Shown here: piece after piece, positions 1-8,709 of the stretch
Position numbering within the stretch: position 1 is the stretch's first letter
Layout: each line of letters begins with the position of its first letter
Assembly: GCA_035948615.1 (NCBI GenBank)
Contig: DASZJB010000083.1
Coordinates: forward strand, 1-41,453
Direction: 5' to 3'
From: Candidatus Dormiibacterota bacterium
GTDB lineage: Bacteria > Chloroflexota > Dormibacteria > Aeolococcales > Aeolococcaceae
DNA: 41,453 nt
Position numbers and translations under genes: made by a program
Notes under the pieces: model-generated
Told to the model about the DNA's origin: nothing
The model's input: the letters and a program-made list of their open reading frames with translations, nothing else
The model's database searches: none

Positions 1-1
1 G

Positions 2-451
2 CTCACCGCGTCGGAGCTGGAGTCGTGGCTCTCCCTCGTGCGGCTGTGGATGTGGCTTCCCTGGTCGATCGATCAACAGCTCCGTCGTGATTCGAAGCTG
101 AGGATGGTTGAGTATCAGGTGCTCGCCATGCTGTCCGAGACACCGGACCGGACGATGCGCATGAGTGCGCTTGCGGAGGTCACCAACGCGTCCTTGTCGC
201 GGCTCTCACACGTGGTCGAGCGTCTCGAGCGGCGGGGTTTGGTCCGCCGGGAGCCGGATCGCACCGATGGGCGCTTCACCAAGGCCATCCTGACCGACAC
301 GGGCTACGAGATACTGGCCGCGGCGGCGCCCGGCCACGTGAGGCATCTTCGATCGCTCGTGATCGATGTGCTTTCGCCGGAGCAGCTGCGACGGCTCGGC
401 GATGACGCAGCCCAGATCGTGGCTCGCATCGACAGGCCAGGCGCCGGCTAG
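2..451 (+). CDS. MarR-family winged-helix transcriptional regulator, probably 5'-truncated by the window edge
   Basis: The frame is open from the window edge. The wHTH core VEYQVLAMLSETPDRTMRMSALAEVTNASLSRLSHVVERLERRGLVRREPDRTDGR is typical MarR. GTG 38 is a possible start but would remove the first MarR helix. Confidence 0.85.
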   Translation, partial: LTASELESWLSLVRLWMWLPWSIDQQLRRDSKLRMVEYQVLAMLSETPDRTMRMSALAEVTNASLSRLSHVVERLERRGLVRREPDRTDGRFTKAILTDTGYEILAAAAPGHVRHLRSLVIDVLSPEQLRRLGDDAAQIVARIDRPGAG

Positions 452-493
452 CCTGACGAGTGCTCGCGGTCAGTGCAAGAGGAGGTGTCCGCC

Positions 494-1792
494 ATGCACC
501 CGGGCGCTGAGAACTCCGGCGCGACCAGTTCCACGCTGACCCATCTCGAAGGTGCGCTGAGTCGGGTCTCATATCCAGCCGACGAGCTCGCCACCAGCGA
601 CCCGCTCGATGGGCGTCCGCTGCTTGCCCGCTACGACCTCGAGCGCGCCGCGATGACCCTGAGCGATCGGCAGCGAGGCGTGCGCGGGGCCATGCGCGGC
701 GTCTGGCGATGGCACGACGTGCTTCCGGTGCGTGACTGGTCGAACGTCGTAACGCTGGGGGAGGGCTCGACTCCACTGTTGGAGGCGTCGCGACTGGGCG
801 CCGCGTACGGGATCCGCCGGCTGCTCGTGAAAGCAGAGAGCCTGAACCCGACCGGATCCTTCAAGGCACGCGGTATGACCGCCGCTGTGAGCCGCGCGAG
901 GGAGCTGGGTGCCGCGAGCTTTGTGATGCCGTCGGCAGGGAATGCCGGTGGCGCGCTGGCCGCGTACGCCGGGGTCGCGGGCGTGCAGGCGACGGTGGTG
1001 ATGCCGAGCGACGCACCAGTGGTGAACCAGGTCGAAGTCGCGGCATGTGGCGCCGAGCTCATCCTCGTCGACGGCCTCATCTCGGACTGCGGCCGGTTGG
1101 CGGCGCGGATCGCCGAGCGCACCGGGGCATTCAATCTCAGCACGCTGAAAGAGCCCTATCGCATCGAGGGCAAGAAGACGATGGGGATCGAGCTTGCGGA
1201 GGACCTCGGCTGGTCGCTTCCCGATGTGATCGTCTACCCGATGGGTGGTGGAACCGGGCTCATCGGGATGTGGAAGGCCTTCGCAGAGCTGGAGGAGATG
1301 GGCCTGCTCGGTGTCGGACGGCCCCGGATGATCGGTGTGCAGGTCGAAGGGTGCGCGCCGTTGGTGCGCGCGTTTCTCGCTGGGAGGCAGTTCGCCGAGC
1401 CGACGGCGGACGCCACCACCGCGGCCGCGGGGTTGCGTGTGCCAAGCACCGTCGGCGACTTTCTCGTCCTCGAAGCGATCGGTGCGTCGGGTGGCACCGC
1501 GATCGCCGTGCCGGAGGCTGCGCTCGCCGAGACTCAGTCATTCGCGGCGCGTCATGGCGCCGGATTCCTGAGCCTGGAGTCGGCCGCGGCCTTCGCGGCG
1601 CTGCCGGAGCTTTGCAGTCGGCGCGAAGTCGAACCGGGCGAGACGGTGGTCGTGTTCGACACGGGTGCCGGGTTCAAATCGACGCTGCCGGAATTGCCGG
1701 CGCCAGTGCGGCGAACCGTCGGCGCGAACGATGCAGACTGGGAGTCGTTGCTCAGCAGTTACGCACCGGTGAGCGGGGGACGAGCTCCTTAG
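494..1792 (+). CDS. threonine-synthase-like fold-type II PLP-dependent enzyme
   Basis: It has the PLP-lysine motif NPTGSFKARG and the glycine loop YPMGGGTGLIG. AAGAGGAGG (477-485) lies 8 nt before ATG 494, which favours 494 over the track GTG at 473. Confidence 0.85.
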   Translation: MHPGAENSGATSSTLTHLEGALSRVSYPADELATSDPLDGRPLLARYDLERAAMTLSDRQRGVRGAMRGVWRWHDVLPVRDWSNVVTLGEGSTPLLEASRLGAAYGIRRLLVKAESLNPTGSFKARGMTAAVSRARELGAASFVMPSAGNAGGALAAYAGVAGVQATVVMPSDAPVVNQVEVAACGAELILVDGLISDCGRLAARIAERTGAFNLSTLKEPYRIEGKKTMGIELAEDLGWSLPDVIVYPMGGGTGLIGMWKAFAELEEMGLLGVGRPRMIGVQVEGCAPLVRAFLAGRQFAEPTADATTAAAGLRVPSTVGDFLVLEAIGASGGTAIAVPEAALAETQSFAARHGAGFLSLESAAAFAALPELCSRREVEPGETVVVFDTGAGFKSTLPELPAPVRRTVGANDADWESLLSSYAPVSGGRAP

Positions 1793-1838
1793 TCGGCGGC
1801 GAGAGCGCGCCCTGAATCCGCGACGAGCCGCACCCGAG

Positions 1839-2777
1839 CTAGGCCATCCTCGTCCAGGCGATGAGCTCGTCCGCCGCCATGGTGTTGATGACCATTTCGG
1901 CTGAAACATCGCAGGCGGTAGCGCGCTCGCATCCGCGCAGCTGCCACTCGAGCTGGCCCGGCGCGTGCGCGTCGGTGTCGACGGCGACCCGGCATCCGGC
2001 CTCGATCGCGAGCTTCAGCAAGCGCTTTGGGGGATCGAGCCGTTCCGGACGCGAATTGATCTCGACCGCGACCTGATGCTCGCGGCACGCCGCGAAGACG
2101 GCGTCCGCGTCGAACTCCGACTCAGGTCTCCCGCGGCCGACGACGATGCGCCCGGTGCAGTGACCGAGGACGTCCATGTGCGGGTTGCGGATGGCATTGA
2201 GCATCCGCGGTGTCATCTCCGCCTCCGGCATGCGCAGCTTCGAATGCACGCTGGCCACCACGACATCGAGCTCGCCGAGCAGGTCCGGCTCCTGATCGAG
2301 CGAGCCGTCTTCGAGGATGTCGACCTCGATGCCGGTGAGGATGCGAAACGGCGCGAGCCGCTCGTTGATGCCGCGCACCATATCGAGTTGTTCGCGGAGC
2401 CGCTCAGCGCTCAACCCGCGCGCCACGGTGAGGCGCGGTGAGTGATCGGTGAGGGCGACGTACTCGTGACCGAGGGCGATAGCGGTCCGAGCCATGTCCT
2501 CGATGGGGCTGCCGCCGTCCGACCAGTCCGAATGCACGTGGCAGTCACCGCGCAGCGCCTGGCGCAGCGCCAGCGCGTCAGCCGCAATGGGCGCGGCCTC
2601 CGTTTCGAGGCGTTGCAGGTACGCAGGTGTCGCTCCCGCCAGCGCCTCCTCGATGACCCGCGCGGTGACCGGCCCGATCCCCGCAAGACCGTGGAGTGTC
2701 CCGCGTCTGGTCCGTTCCTCGAGCTCCTCATCGGGAAGCGCACGAATCACGGCGGCCGCGTTGCGAAAGGCACGCAC
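1839..2777 (-). CDS. PHP-domain metal-dependent phosphoesterase with an N-terminal HhH-like region (PolX C-terminal-like)
   Basis: PHP His/Asp motifs are present: CHVHSDWSDG, LTDHS, ASVHS and DTDAH. The N-terminus reads YRVRAFRNAA...GIGPVTA. The only canonical start is GTG 2777, and the start is uncertain (see finding). Confidence 0.8.
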   Translation of the reverse strand: MRAFRNAAAVIRALPDEELEERTRRGTLHGLAGIGPVTARVIEEALAGATPAYLQRLETEAAPIAADALALRQALRGDCHVHSDWSDGGSPIEDMARTAIALGHEYVALTDHSPRLTVARGLSAERLREQLDMVRGINERLAPFRILTGIEVDILEDGSLDQEPDLLGELDVVVASVHSKLRMPEAEMTPRMLNAIRNPHMDVLGHCTGRIVVGRGRPESEFDADAVFAACREHQVAVEINSRPERLDPPKRLLKLAIEAGCRVAVDTDAHAPGQLEWQLRGCERATACDVSAEMVINTMAADELIAWTRMA

Positions 2778-2864
2778 GCGGTACGTGGGTTCGCGTTCGC
2801 GTTCGAGGATGTATGCAATGCGCTCGAGTGCTGCGGTGGCGTCGTGCCGGCTTGCGCCCAGGGG

Positions 2865-3002
2865 TCAATCTTCCTGGCCGGCGGCCGCGATCCGCTGCGC
2901 CTGTCCGCGACGCTGGGCACGCTTACCGTAAGCCATGGTGATTACGAGCGTAAGCGCGATGACGCCGAAGAGGAGCCGCGGCGAAACCAACTCGACGGTC
3001 AA
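2865..3002 (-). CDS. possible 45-aa single-TM small protein (TTG start; alternatives TTG 2990, ATG 2936)
   Basis: Hand translation gives (M)TVELVSPRLLFGVIALTLVITMAYGKRAQRRGQAQRIAAAGQED. This is a hydrophobic helix followed by a basic tail, with mostly G/C third positions. There is no clear SD. It is below the ORF-track size cutoff. Confidence 0.3.
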   Translation of the reverse strand: MTVELVSPRLLFGVIALTLVITMAYGKRAQRRGQAQRIAAAGQED

Positions 3003-3087
3003 GCTGATGAGTATGGTCTGAAATCGTCAGGCGGCGGATCCGTCCCGCTGCCGGTGTGGGCGCGTGTCTGAACTCGCCGCGACGCGA

Positions 3088-3116
3088 TTGTGTGCTTTTG
3101 GTAAACAAAGATTATT
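3088..3116 (+). promoter_or_regulatory. candidate sigma70-type promoter for the PKD protein gene
   Basis: TTGTGT (3088-3093), a 17-nt spacer, then ATTATT (3111-3116), in an unusually AT-rich patch about 75 nt upstream of ATG 3192. Confidence 0.25.
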
Positions 3117-3191
3117 GGGCCTTGCGATCGGCTCGACGCATCTGATCTAATTTGGCGTCCGGAAACCGACCCCCAGAGAGGAGGTGGCCAA

Positions 3192-4781
3192 ATGCGAGTT
3201 CATCGGCGTTGGAATTATCTGGTGGCCTTTGCCATGGCTGCGGTCGCACTGGGAGCGCTGGGCACCTCGACGGTGTCGGCTGCGTCCTCGTCGCCGTCCG
3301 CCGGTGGGAGCGCTACCGCGCACTCCAAGCATCCCGCCTCGATCGTTCCTCTCCGGAACAAGACCCCGTTCGACCAGGTTTTTACCAACATGGACTACAA
3401 CGGCGGTCCGGTCATGCCGTCGAGTACGGACTACATGCTGATGTGGAGCCCTGGCGGCCTCAGCGCGTACCCCGCCGGGTATGTATCCGGGCTGGAGCGG
3501 TACTTCAAGGACCTCGCCCACGATAGCGGCGGCGTCAAGAACACCGACTCGGTTTCAGCACAGTACGCCGACCTCACCGGCGCTTACTCGCGCTATGCGG
3601 TGACGTTCGGCGGGGTGCTGGTCGACAAACACCCCTATCCGACGACCGAGTGCCCGGTGAACGCCCCGGTCGTGGCCTGCATCACCGACCCCCAGATCCA
3701 GCAGGAGCTGGTGAACTTCGTCACCGGTAAGGGCCTCAAGGCCGATCTGACCCACGAATACTTCCTGCTCACGCCGCCCCACGTCGAAAGCTGCTTCACC
3801 AACGACCCCACGACCAACTTCGGCGGATGCTCGGCGGGCATCGTGCCCTTCACCCCCCTGGCCGCCTACTGCGCCTATCACCAGAACACGTCGCTCTCGC
3901 AATTCCTGATCTATGCCAACGATCCCTTCGTCCCGGGTAATCCTGCATGCGACGACGGGAACCATCCGAACGGCATTGCTGACGGCGAGCTCTCCGGCGG
4001 GCTGAGCCACGAGCACAACGAGTCGATTACGGATCCGATCCCGAACGACGCGTGGACCAACGGCGCCGGCGCGAATCATGGCGAGGAAGTCGGCGATCAG
4101 TGCGACGGCCAGATGGGGACCACGCTCGGGCACGCGCCCGACGGTGCCGCGTACAACCAGGTGATCAACGGTCATTTCTACTGGTACCAGGAGGAATGGA
4201 GCAACATCGGCCACTCCTGCATGCAGCGCCTCTCGCTGCCGGCCACCACGCCATCGGCGACGTTCAAGGTCAATAAGGGCTCTGGGCTCACGCTGAACTT
4301 CGATGCTTCGGGCTCGATCGGATCACCCGGCTTCGCGCTGTACGTGTGGCAGTTCAACGACGCATTCGGGGCTGAAACCATCGAGCAGTCGACTCCCAAG
4401 ATCTCGCACACGTTCCCGTCGGCCGGTTCCTACTCGATCGGCTTGACAGTCTTCGCCGTCGACGGCTCATCGGCAGGTACCGGCGCGATCGTCACCACCG
4501 GACACAGCGGGTTCACCAGGGGCTTCACCTTCTCACCGTCACACCCGAAATTTGGCCACACGGTCCACTTCAGCGGCCTGACGACGGTGAGTGCTCTGCC
4601 GGTGCTCACGTACTTCTGGGACTTCGGTGACGGCACGACCGCGTCGGGTGCCAGCCCCACGCACGCATACGCGGCACCGGGCACCTACAAGGTCACGCTC
4701 GTGATGTTCAGCGGCGTGGGATCGGCCTTCCCCGGCGCTGGAGCCGGCCCCATCGTCCAACGGACGATCACGGTCAAGTGA
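3192..4781 (+). CDS. secreted protein: signal peptide, Cys-rich uncharacterised domain, two C-terminal PKD domains
   Basis: GAGGAGG (3178-3184) lies 7 nt before the ATG. The signal peptide is LVAFAMAAVALGALGTSTVSAASS. There are 9 Cys in the middle domain and an SHEHNESITDP motif. PKD signatures are NFDASGS and YFWDFGDGTTASGASPTHAYAAPGTYKVTL. Confidence 0.9.
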   Translation: MRVHRRWNYLVAFAMAAVALGALGTSTVSAASSSPSAGGSATAHSKHPASIVPLRNKTPFDQVFTNMDYNGGPVMPSSTDYMLMWSPGGLSAYPAGYVSGLERYFKDLAHDSGGVKNTDSVSAQYADLTGAYSRYAVTFGGVLVDKHPYPTTECPVNAPVVACITDPQIQQELVNFVTGKGLKADLTHEYFLLTPPHVESCFTNDPTTNFGGCSAGIVPFTPLAAYCAYHQNTSLSQFLIYANDPFVPGNPACDDGNHPNGIADGELSGGLSHEHNESITDPIPNDAWTNGAGANHGEEVGDQCDGQMGTTLGHAPDGAAYNQVINGHFYWYQEEWSNIGHSCMQRLSLPATTPSATFKVNKGSGLTLNFDASGSIGSPGFALYVWQFNDAFGAETIEQSTPKISHTFPSAGSYSIGLTVFAVDGSSAGTGAIVTTGHSGFTRGFTFSPSHPKFGHTVHFSGLTTVSALPVLTYFWDFGDGTTASGASPTHAYAAPGTYKVTLVMFSGVGSAFPGAGAGPIVQRTITVK

Positions 4782-4797
4782 GTTAGTCGGCGGGCGG

Positions 4798-4833
4798 GTG
4801 ACCGCGGCGAGCTCGCAGCTCCGCCGCGGTCAC
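4798..4833. terminator. strong GC hairpin between convergent genes (possible bidirectional terminator)
   Basis: GTGACCGCGGCGAGC / loop TCGCA / GCTC(C)GCCGCGGTCAC gives a 15-bp stem with one bulged C. It starts 17 nt after the PKD stop codon. There is no U-tract. Confidence 0.6.
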
Positions 4834-4940
4834 GCCTCGCTGTCGGTTGACAAGCCCAGCGCGGGTTTACACGTTCCCGCCGGGTCGCACTCGCGTCGGT
4901 ATCCCGCCTCCCTCCGGCAACAACGCCGACGGTTAGATCC

Positions 4941-5801
4941 TCACGTGCCGAGACGACTCACGGCAGAGATGTCGAGGTCCGCTGACTCGCGCATGGCGTC
5001 GGCAAACAGCTCTCGAGCTTCGTGGGTCAATGGCGTGGGAACCCTCGCCTCGCCGTACGCACCCAGGCCAAGTTCAAGGTCCTTGAGGAGATCGCGGACC
5101 GCGAACATCGTCGGCGTGTGCTCGCCGTGCAGGAAGCCGCGTTCGCGGGCGGCAAGGCCAGGCGCGAAGCGAACCAGGATCGAAAAGATCTGTTCGCGGT
5201 CGAGGCCGATGGCCGTCCCGGCGGCGAGAAGCTCGGCCGCTGCCGCCGTGGTGATGCCCAACATGCTGTTGGCGATCAGTTTCATCCGTTGCGCGCTCGC
5301 CCGATCGCCGACGTAGCGGACTTCGCCCAGGTGTTCCAGAACCGGACGAGCCTGTGCGAGGTCGGCTGGATCGCCACCGGCGAGGATCAGCAGCTTTCCG
5401 CTCTCCACGGCAGGCACGCTGCCGACAACGGGCGCTTCGAGAAGCCGTGCGCCTCTGGCGTCGGCCTCACGCCCAAGCTCTTCCGCGATCTGCGGCCCCG
5501 CCGTGCTGGCTTCGACGAGCAGCTTGCCGGCGGCGGTGCGCAGCACGCCATTCTCGCCGAGGTAGACATCACGTATCGCGGCGTCGTTGGTCAGGCTGCT
5601 GATGACCACATCGGCTTCGCGGGCCGCCTCCGCGGGCGTGGACGCGACGCGACCCACGTGCAGCTCCTCTGCCCTTGCGGGCGTGCGATTCCACAGCGTC
5701 AGGTCGAAACCGGAGGATGCGAGGCGGCGTGCCATCGCCCCACCCATCTTGCCGGTTCCGAGGATCGCCACCGTCGTCACGTCTTTGTTCTGCGTGGTCA
5801 T
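4941..5801 (-). CDS. NAD(P)-dependent beta-hydroxyacid dehydrogenase (3-hydroxyisobutyrate / 6-phosphogluconate dehydrogenase-like)
   Basis: The Rossmann motif VAILGTGKMGGAMARRL is present. AGGAGG (complement of 5808-5813) lies 6 nt before ATG 5801, so the track start at 5837 is probably too long. Confidence 0.9.
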   Translation of the reverse strand: MTTQNKDVTTVAILGTGKMGGAMARRLASSGFDLTLWNRTPARAEELHVGRVASTPAEAAREADVVISSLTNDAAIRDVYLGENGVLRTAAGKLLVEASTAGPQIAEELGREADARGARLLEAPVVGSVPAVESGKLLILAGGDPADLAQARPVLEHLGEVRYVGDRASAQRMKLIANSMLGITTAAAAELLAAGTAIGLDREQIFSILVRFAPGLAARERGFLHGEHTPTMFAVRDLLKDLELGLGAYGEARVPTPLTHEARELFADAMRESADLDISAVSRLGT

Positions 5802-5883
5802 GACTCGCCTCCTAAATCGATCCTCACCGAGCCCCAAAGTACATCAGTTCCCGCCGTCCGCACGTCCCTCGAACGAAGCTCGG

Positions 5884-7005
5884 ATGATGGGGTTCATGGG
5901 CCGATCGCGACGTCGCATCTGGGGATTGCTGCTCCTCATCGTTGTCGCCCCCGTCGCCTACTACGCAGTCCAGGCGTTGCTCCATCCCGCTCTACCGAAC
6001 CCAGTGCATCTGCCAACCACGGCAGCCATCATCCCGCCGACAGCCGAGCCTCGAGGTCCAACACCGGCTGTGACCCTTGCGCCGCCGGTCCCCAGCCCGC
6101 GCGAGATGGACGAGATGGCGTTCGACACCGTGCACAACGATGTCGTCATGTACGGCGGCACCGGGTTTGGGAGCGGGGCACAGACTCCGTCTCGCCAAAC
6201 CTGGACGTTCGACGCAGGGGGCTGGCATCTGCGCCACCCGGTGACGAACCCCAACATTGATTGGGGATGGATGACCGAGGACCCGGTGAGCGGTTCCATC
6301 GTCCTGGCCGGGTTCGTCCCACCCAGCGACCAGGTCATCGAAACGTGGACGTGGGACGGGACGACATGGACGAACCGCGGCGACCTGCCGACAAGGACCC
6401 AACTTGTGGTTGGAATGGCGGCGCTCCCGGCGCTCGGGCAATTGCTGCTGGTGACGGCTCCAAGTAGCGCACAGCTCTCCACGGACGAAACCTGGACGTG
6501 GGAAGGATCGTCATGGCGCCCTGACGCACCGGTCATTTCGCTCCCGGTGGAGGGATCGACGCCGGTGCTGGTGTCGGATCCGGCGCATCGGCGAGTGGTC
6601 GCCGTGTTCACCGGGACCGCGAACAGCCGCGCAGAGACCTGGACGTGGAACGGGTCCAACTGGTCACAACTGGCCGCGAATGAGGTTGCACCATTCGACC
6701 CGATCACGGCGGCGATGGCGGCCGATCCGCGAACCGGCGACGTCCTGATGTACATCGGCGAGGGTGACGCCCGAGTGGGGTCAACATGGGCCCTGGGCGG
6801 CGCTACGTGGAGCGAAGTCGACGGAGCCTCACCCGCTGTTGACACCGACTATCACGGTGCCTGGCTGCTGACTGATCCGGATATCGGCCGCGTGGTGATG
6901 ATCGGCAACGCGGGTCGCCCGAATACGTTGAACGTTCTCTGGGTGTTCACCGGGAGGCGGTGGACGGCAGAACGCCCCTCCGTACTTACGGCGCCGACAG
7001 GTTGA
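5884..7005 (+). CDS. membrane-anchored Kelch-like beta-propeller protein
   Basis: There is an N-terminal TM, IWGLLLLIVVAPVAYYAV. Six blade-like repeats are visible: QTWTFDAGGW, ETWTWDGTTW, ETWTWEGSSW, ETWTWNGSNW, STWALGGATW and VLWVFTGRRW. The track ORF part at 5587-5883 is antisense to the dehydrogenase and was ignored. Confidence 0.85.
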   Translation: MMGFMGRSRRRIWGLLLLIVVAPVAYYAVQALLHPALPNPVHLPTTAAIIPPTAEPRGPTPAVTLAPPVPSPREMDEMAFDTVHNDVVMYGGTGFGSGAQTPSRQTWTFDAGGWHLRHPVTNPNIDWGWMTEDPVSGSIVLAGFVPPSDQVIETWTWDGTTWTNRGDLPTRTQLVVGMAALPALGQLLLVTAPSSAQLSTDETWTWEGSSWRPDAPVISLPVEGSTPVLVSDPAHRRVVAVFTGTANSRAETWTWNGSNWSQLAANEVAPFDPITAAMAADPRTGDVLMYIGEGDARVGSTWALGGATWSEVDGASPAVDTDYHGAWLLTDPDIGRVVMIGNAGRPNTLNVLWVFTGRRWTAERPSVLTAPTG

Positions 7006-7258
7006 TCCGCTCGTTGTCGACCTGAGGAGCCGCTTGACGCGGCTCCGGCCCATGTGTGCGACGCCGGCAGATCGTGTGACGGATGTGATCGGCCCCGCTC
7101 AGGACGGACGCCTTCGCGCAGTGCGCCGCCTCGGGGAAGTCACCATGCGCAGAGATTGGGCGGTAGTGGCGGCAGCCGGCCACGGTCTCTTCGGAGTACG
7201 GGCATAACCCAGAGGCCGCTGCCCCTTCATCAGGAGGGAGTCTGTTCCCCATTGCCAC
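6986..7258 (-). CDS. doubtful small Cys/His-rich ORF in a long convergent spacer
   Basis: This is a 90-aa track ORF. The central part, CPYSEETVAGCRHYRPISAHGDFPEAAHCAKASVLSGADHIRHTIC, has mostly G/C third positions. There is no SD, no recognisable family, and its tail overlaps the Kelch gene end. Confidence 0.2.
   Translation of the reverse strand: MAMGNRLPPDEGAAASGLCPYSEETVAGCRHYRPISAHGDFPEAAHCAKASVLSGADHIRHTICRRRTHGPEPRQAAPQVDNERINLSAP
7026..7046 (+). terminator. hairpin downstream of the Kelch-like gene
   Basis: GGAGCCGC / TTGAC / GCGGCTCC is a perfect 8-bp stem, 21 nt after the stop at 7005. There is no U-tract. Confidence 0.45.
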
Positions 7259-7346
7259 TCAATCCTGGACAGAGTGGCCGCGCGCGACCAGTGCCTTTGG
7301 TCCTCAATTCGGGAGTGGGCGCCGGGCCGCTGCTTTCTCGGCGCGG

Positions 7347-7697
7347 TCAACCGGTCGCGACCGCCCGGAACGCGAACAGGAGGGTCACCACAGCCCCGCC
7401 CGCCAACCACACGTACTGCTCGCGACCCCCCAGCTTCCCCCCGAACCACATGGCGAGCGGCAGCGTGATCAGCGTTGCCGCACCGTAGAACCAGTGGAGG
7501 AGCTGATGGGGGCGGTTGCCAGTAGCGACCAGCACCAACCCGATCACGACCTGGAGGGCCACCAACGCGATCGTCGCGCGGAGATACAGGCGTACCGCGG
7601 GCAGAATCCGTGGGCGGAGCAGGCTTGCGAGCGCGGCGACCGCGCCAACCGCGGCGACGACCGTCAGTACGAGACCGTACCGATCATGGATCAGCAC
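7347..7697 (-). CDS. hypothetical 4-TM membrane protein
   Basis: It is a 116-aa ORF with a GTG start, four hydrophobic segments and a coding-like third-position bias. No family was recognised. Confidence 0.7.
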   Translation of the reverse strand: MLIHDRYGLVLTVVAAVGAVAALASLLRPRILPAVRLYLRATIALVALQVVIGLVLVATGNRPHQLLHWFYGAATLITLPLAMWFGGKLGGREQYVWLAGGAVVTLLFAFRAVATG

Positions 7698-7889
7698 GAT
7701 CGCTATGGTAGGTGCATCAACACGCGGCGATCGCTCGGGAACGACATAACAACCTGGGAGGGTGGGTCATTGGTCACAACCCCGAGTGCCGCACGTCACG
7801 CGAATCCAGCGACGTCCGCCCCTTCCGCGGACTGCGTTTGATCGCCCACGCTCCGGCCTGACACTCCACACAACACACGGAGGCTGCCA

Positions 7890-8039
7890 ATGGACGCGCC
7901 TGCTCCATACATCCACTGGGGCTTCATCCTTATCTCGCTGCCGAATTTCGTCCTCATCTGCGTGATGGTGCTGCTCTTCGTGCTCGCGCTCGTCGCGCCG
8001 TTCCCGTCGCATGGGCCAAAGGGACCCCGCGATGAGTGA
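7890..8039 (+). CDS. 49-aa single-TM peptide, first gene of the cytochrome b operon
   Basis: Hand translation gives MDAPAPYIHWGFILISLPNFVLICVMVLLFVLALVAPFPSHGPKGPRDE. GGAGG (7879-7883) lies 6 nt before the ATG. Its stop overlaps the cytochrome b ATG 8032 (ATGAGTGA). It is below the ORF-track cutoff. Confidence 0.6.
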   Translation: MDAPAPYIHWGFILISLPNFVLICVMVLLFVLALVAPFPSHGPKGPRDE

Positions 8040-8709
8040 CGAGAGAGCGCCCGTCACCATCGACCCATCGGCCCCGGCTGCACAGCCCGTGGTCGACGAT
8101 GCGACGGGTTGGACAGCATCTGTGCGGCGCCGTGTGGAGAAGACGCTGCCGATCACCGAGTTGCTTCCGACGAAGCAGCCTGCCTACATCGGTTCGTGGG
8201 TCTACGTCTTCGGCGTCGTCACCATCGCCGCGCTGTTCTGGTTGGTGATCAGCGGCGTGGTGCTCGCATTCTTCGGATCCGCATGGTGGCATGTGTCGTC
8301 CGTCGGTCACTTCTTCAACAGCATCCACTTCTGGTCCGTCCAGATGTTCTTCATCTTCATGGTGCTTCACCTCTGGGGTCAGTTCTGGGGAGCGGGCTGG
8401 CGTGACGGGAGGGCCAAGACCTGGATGGTCGGTGTCGTGATCTTCTCGATCAGCGTCGGCACCGCGTTCACCGGATACGTAGTCCAGCAGAACTTCGACT
8501 CGCAGTGGATCGCCATCAACGCCAAGGACGCGATCAACTCGACGGGGTTCGGCGGACTGTTCAACGCACTCAACTTCGGTCAGATGTACGGGCTGCACGT
8601 GATGCTGTTCCCGATCGGCGTGACCCTCCTGGTGGTGCTGCACATCATTCAAGTGCGCGCCAAGGGTGTCGTACGGCCGATCGACGATCCGTTCCAGGTG
8701 ACGCCGTGA
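8032..8709 (+). CDS. di-heme cytochrome b, N-terminal (b6-like, four-helix) type
   Basis: There are two His pairs with canonical spacing: H-x13-H in SIHFWSVQMFFIFMVLH and H-x14-H in GLHVMLFPIGVTLLVVLH. An in-frame ATG at 8011 is an alternative start. 8032 has AAGGGA 7 nt upstream and overlaps the upstream stop codon. Confidence 0.9.
   Translation: MSDERAPVTIDPSAPAAQPVVDDATGWTASVRRRVEKTLPITELLPTKQPAYIGSWVYVFGVVTIAALFWLVISGVVLAFFGSAWWHVSSVGHFFNSIHFWSVQMFFIFMVLHLWGQFWGAGWRDGRAKTWMVGVVIFSISVGTAFTGYVVQQNFDSQWIAINAKDAINSTGFGGLFNALNFGQMYGLHVMLFPIGVTLLVVLHIIQVRAKGVVRPIDDPFQVTP

Noticed and set aside
2865-2867. The in-frame TGA upstream of the PHP gene read as selenocysteine or programmed read-through.
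   Set aside because: There is no SECIS-like hairpin immediately downstream and no catalytic context for Sec. The upstream frame is better explained as a separate small TM ORF that happens to share the frame.
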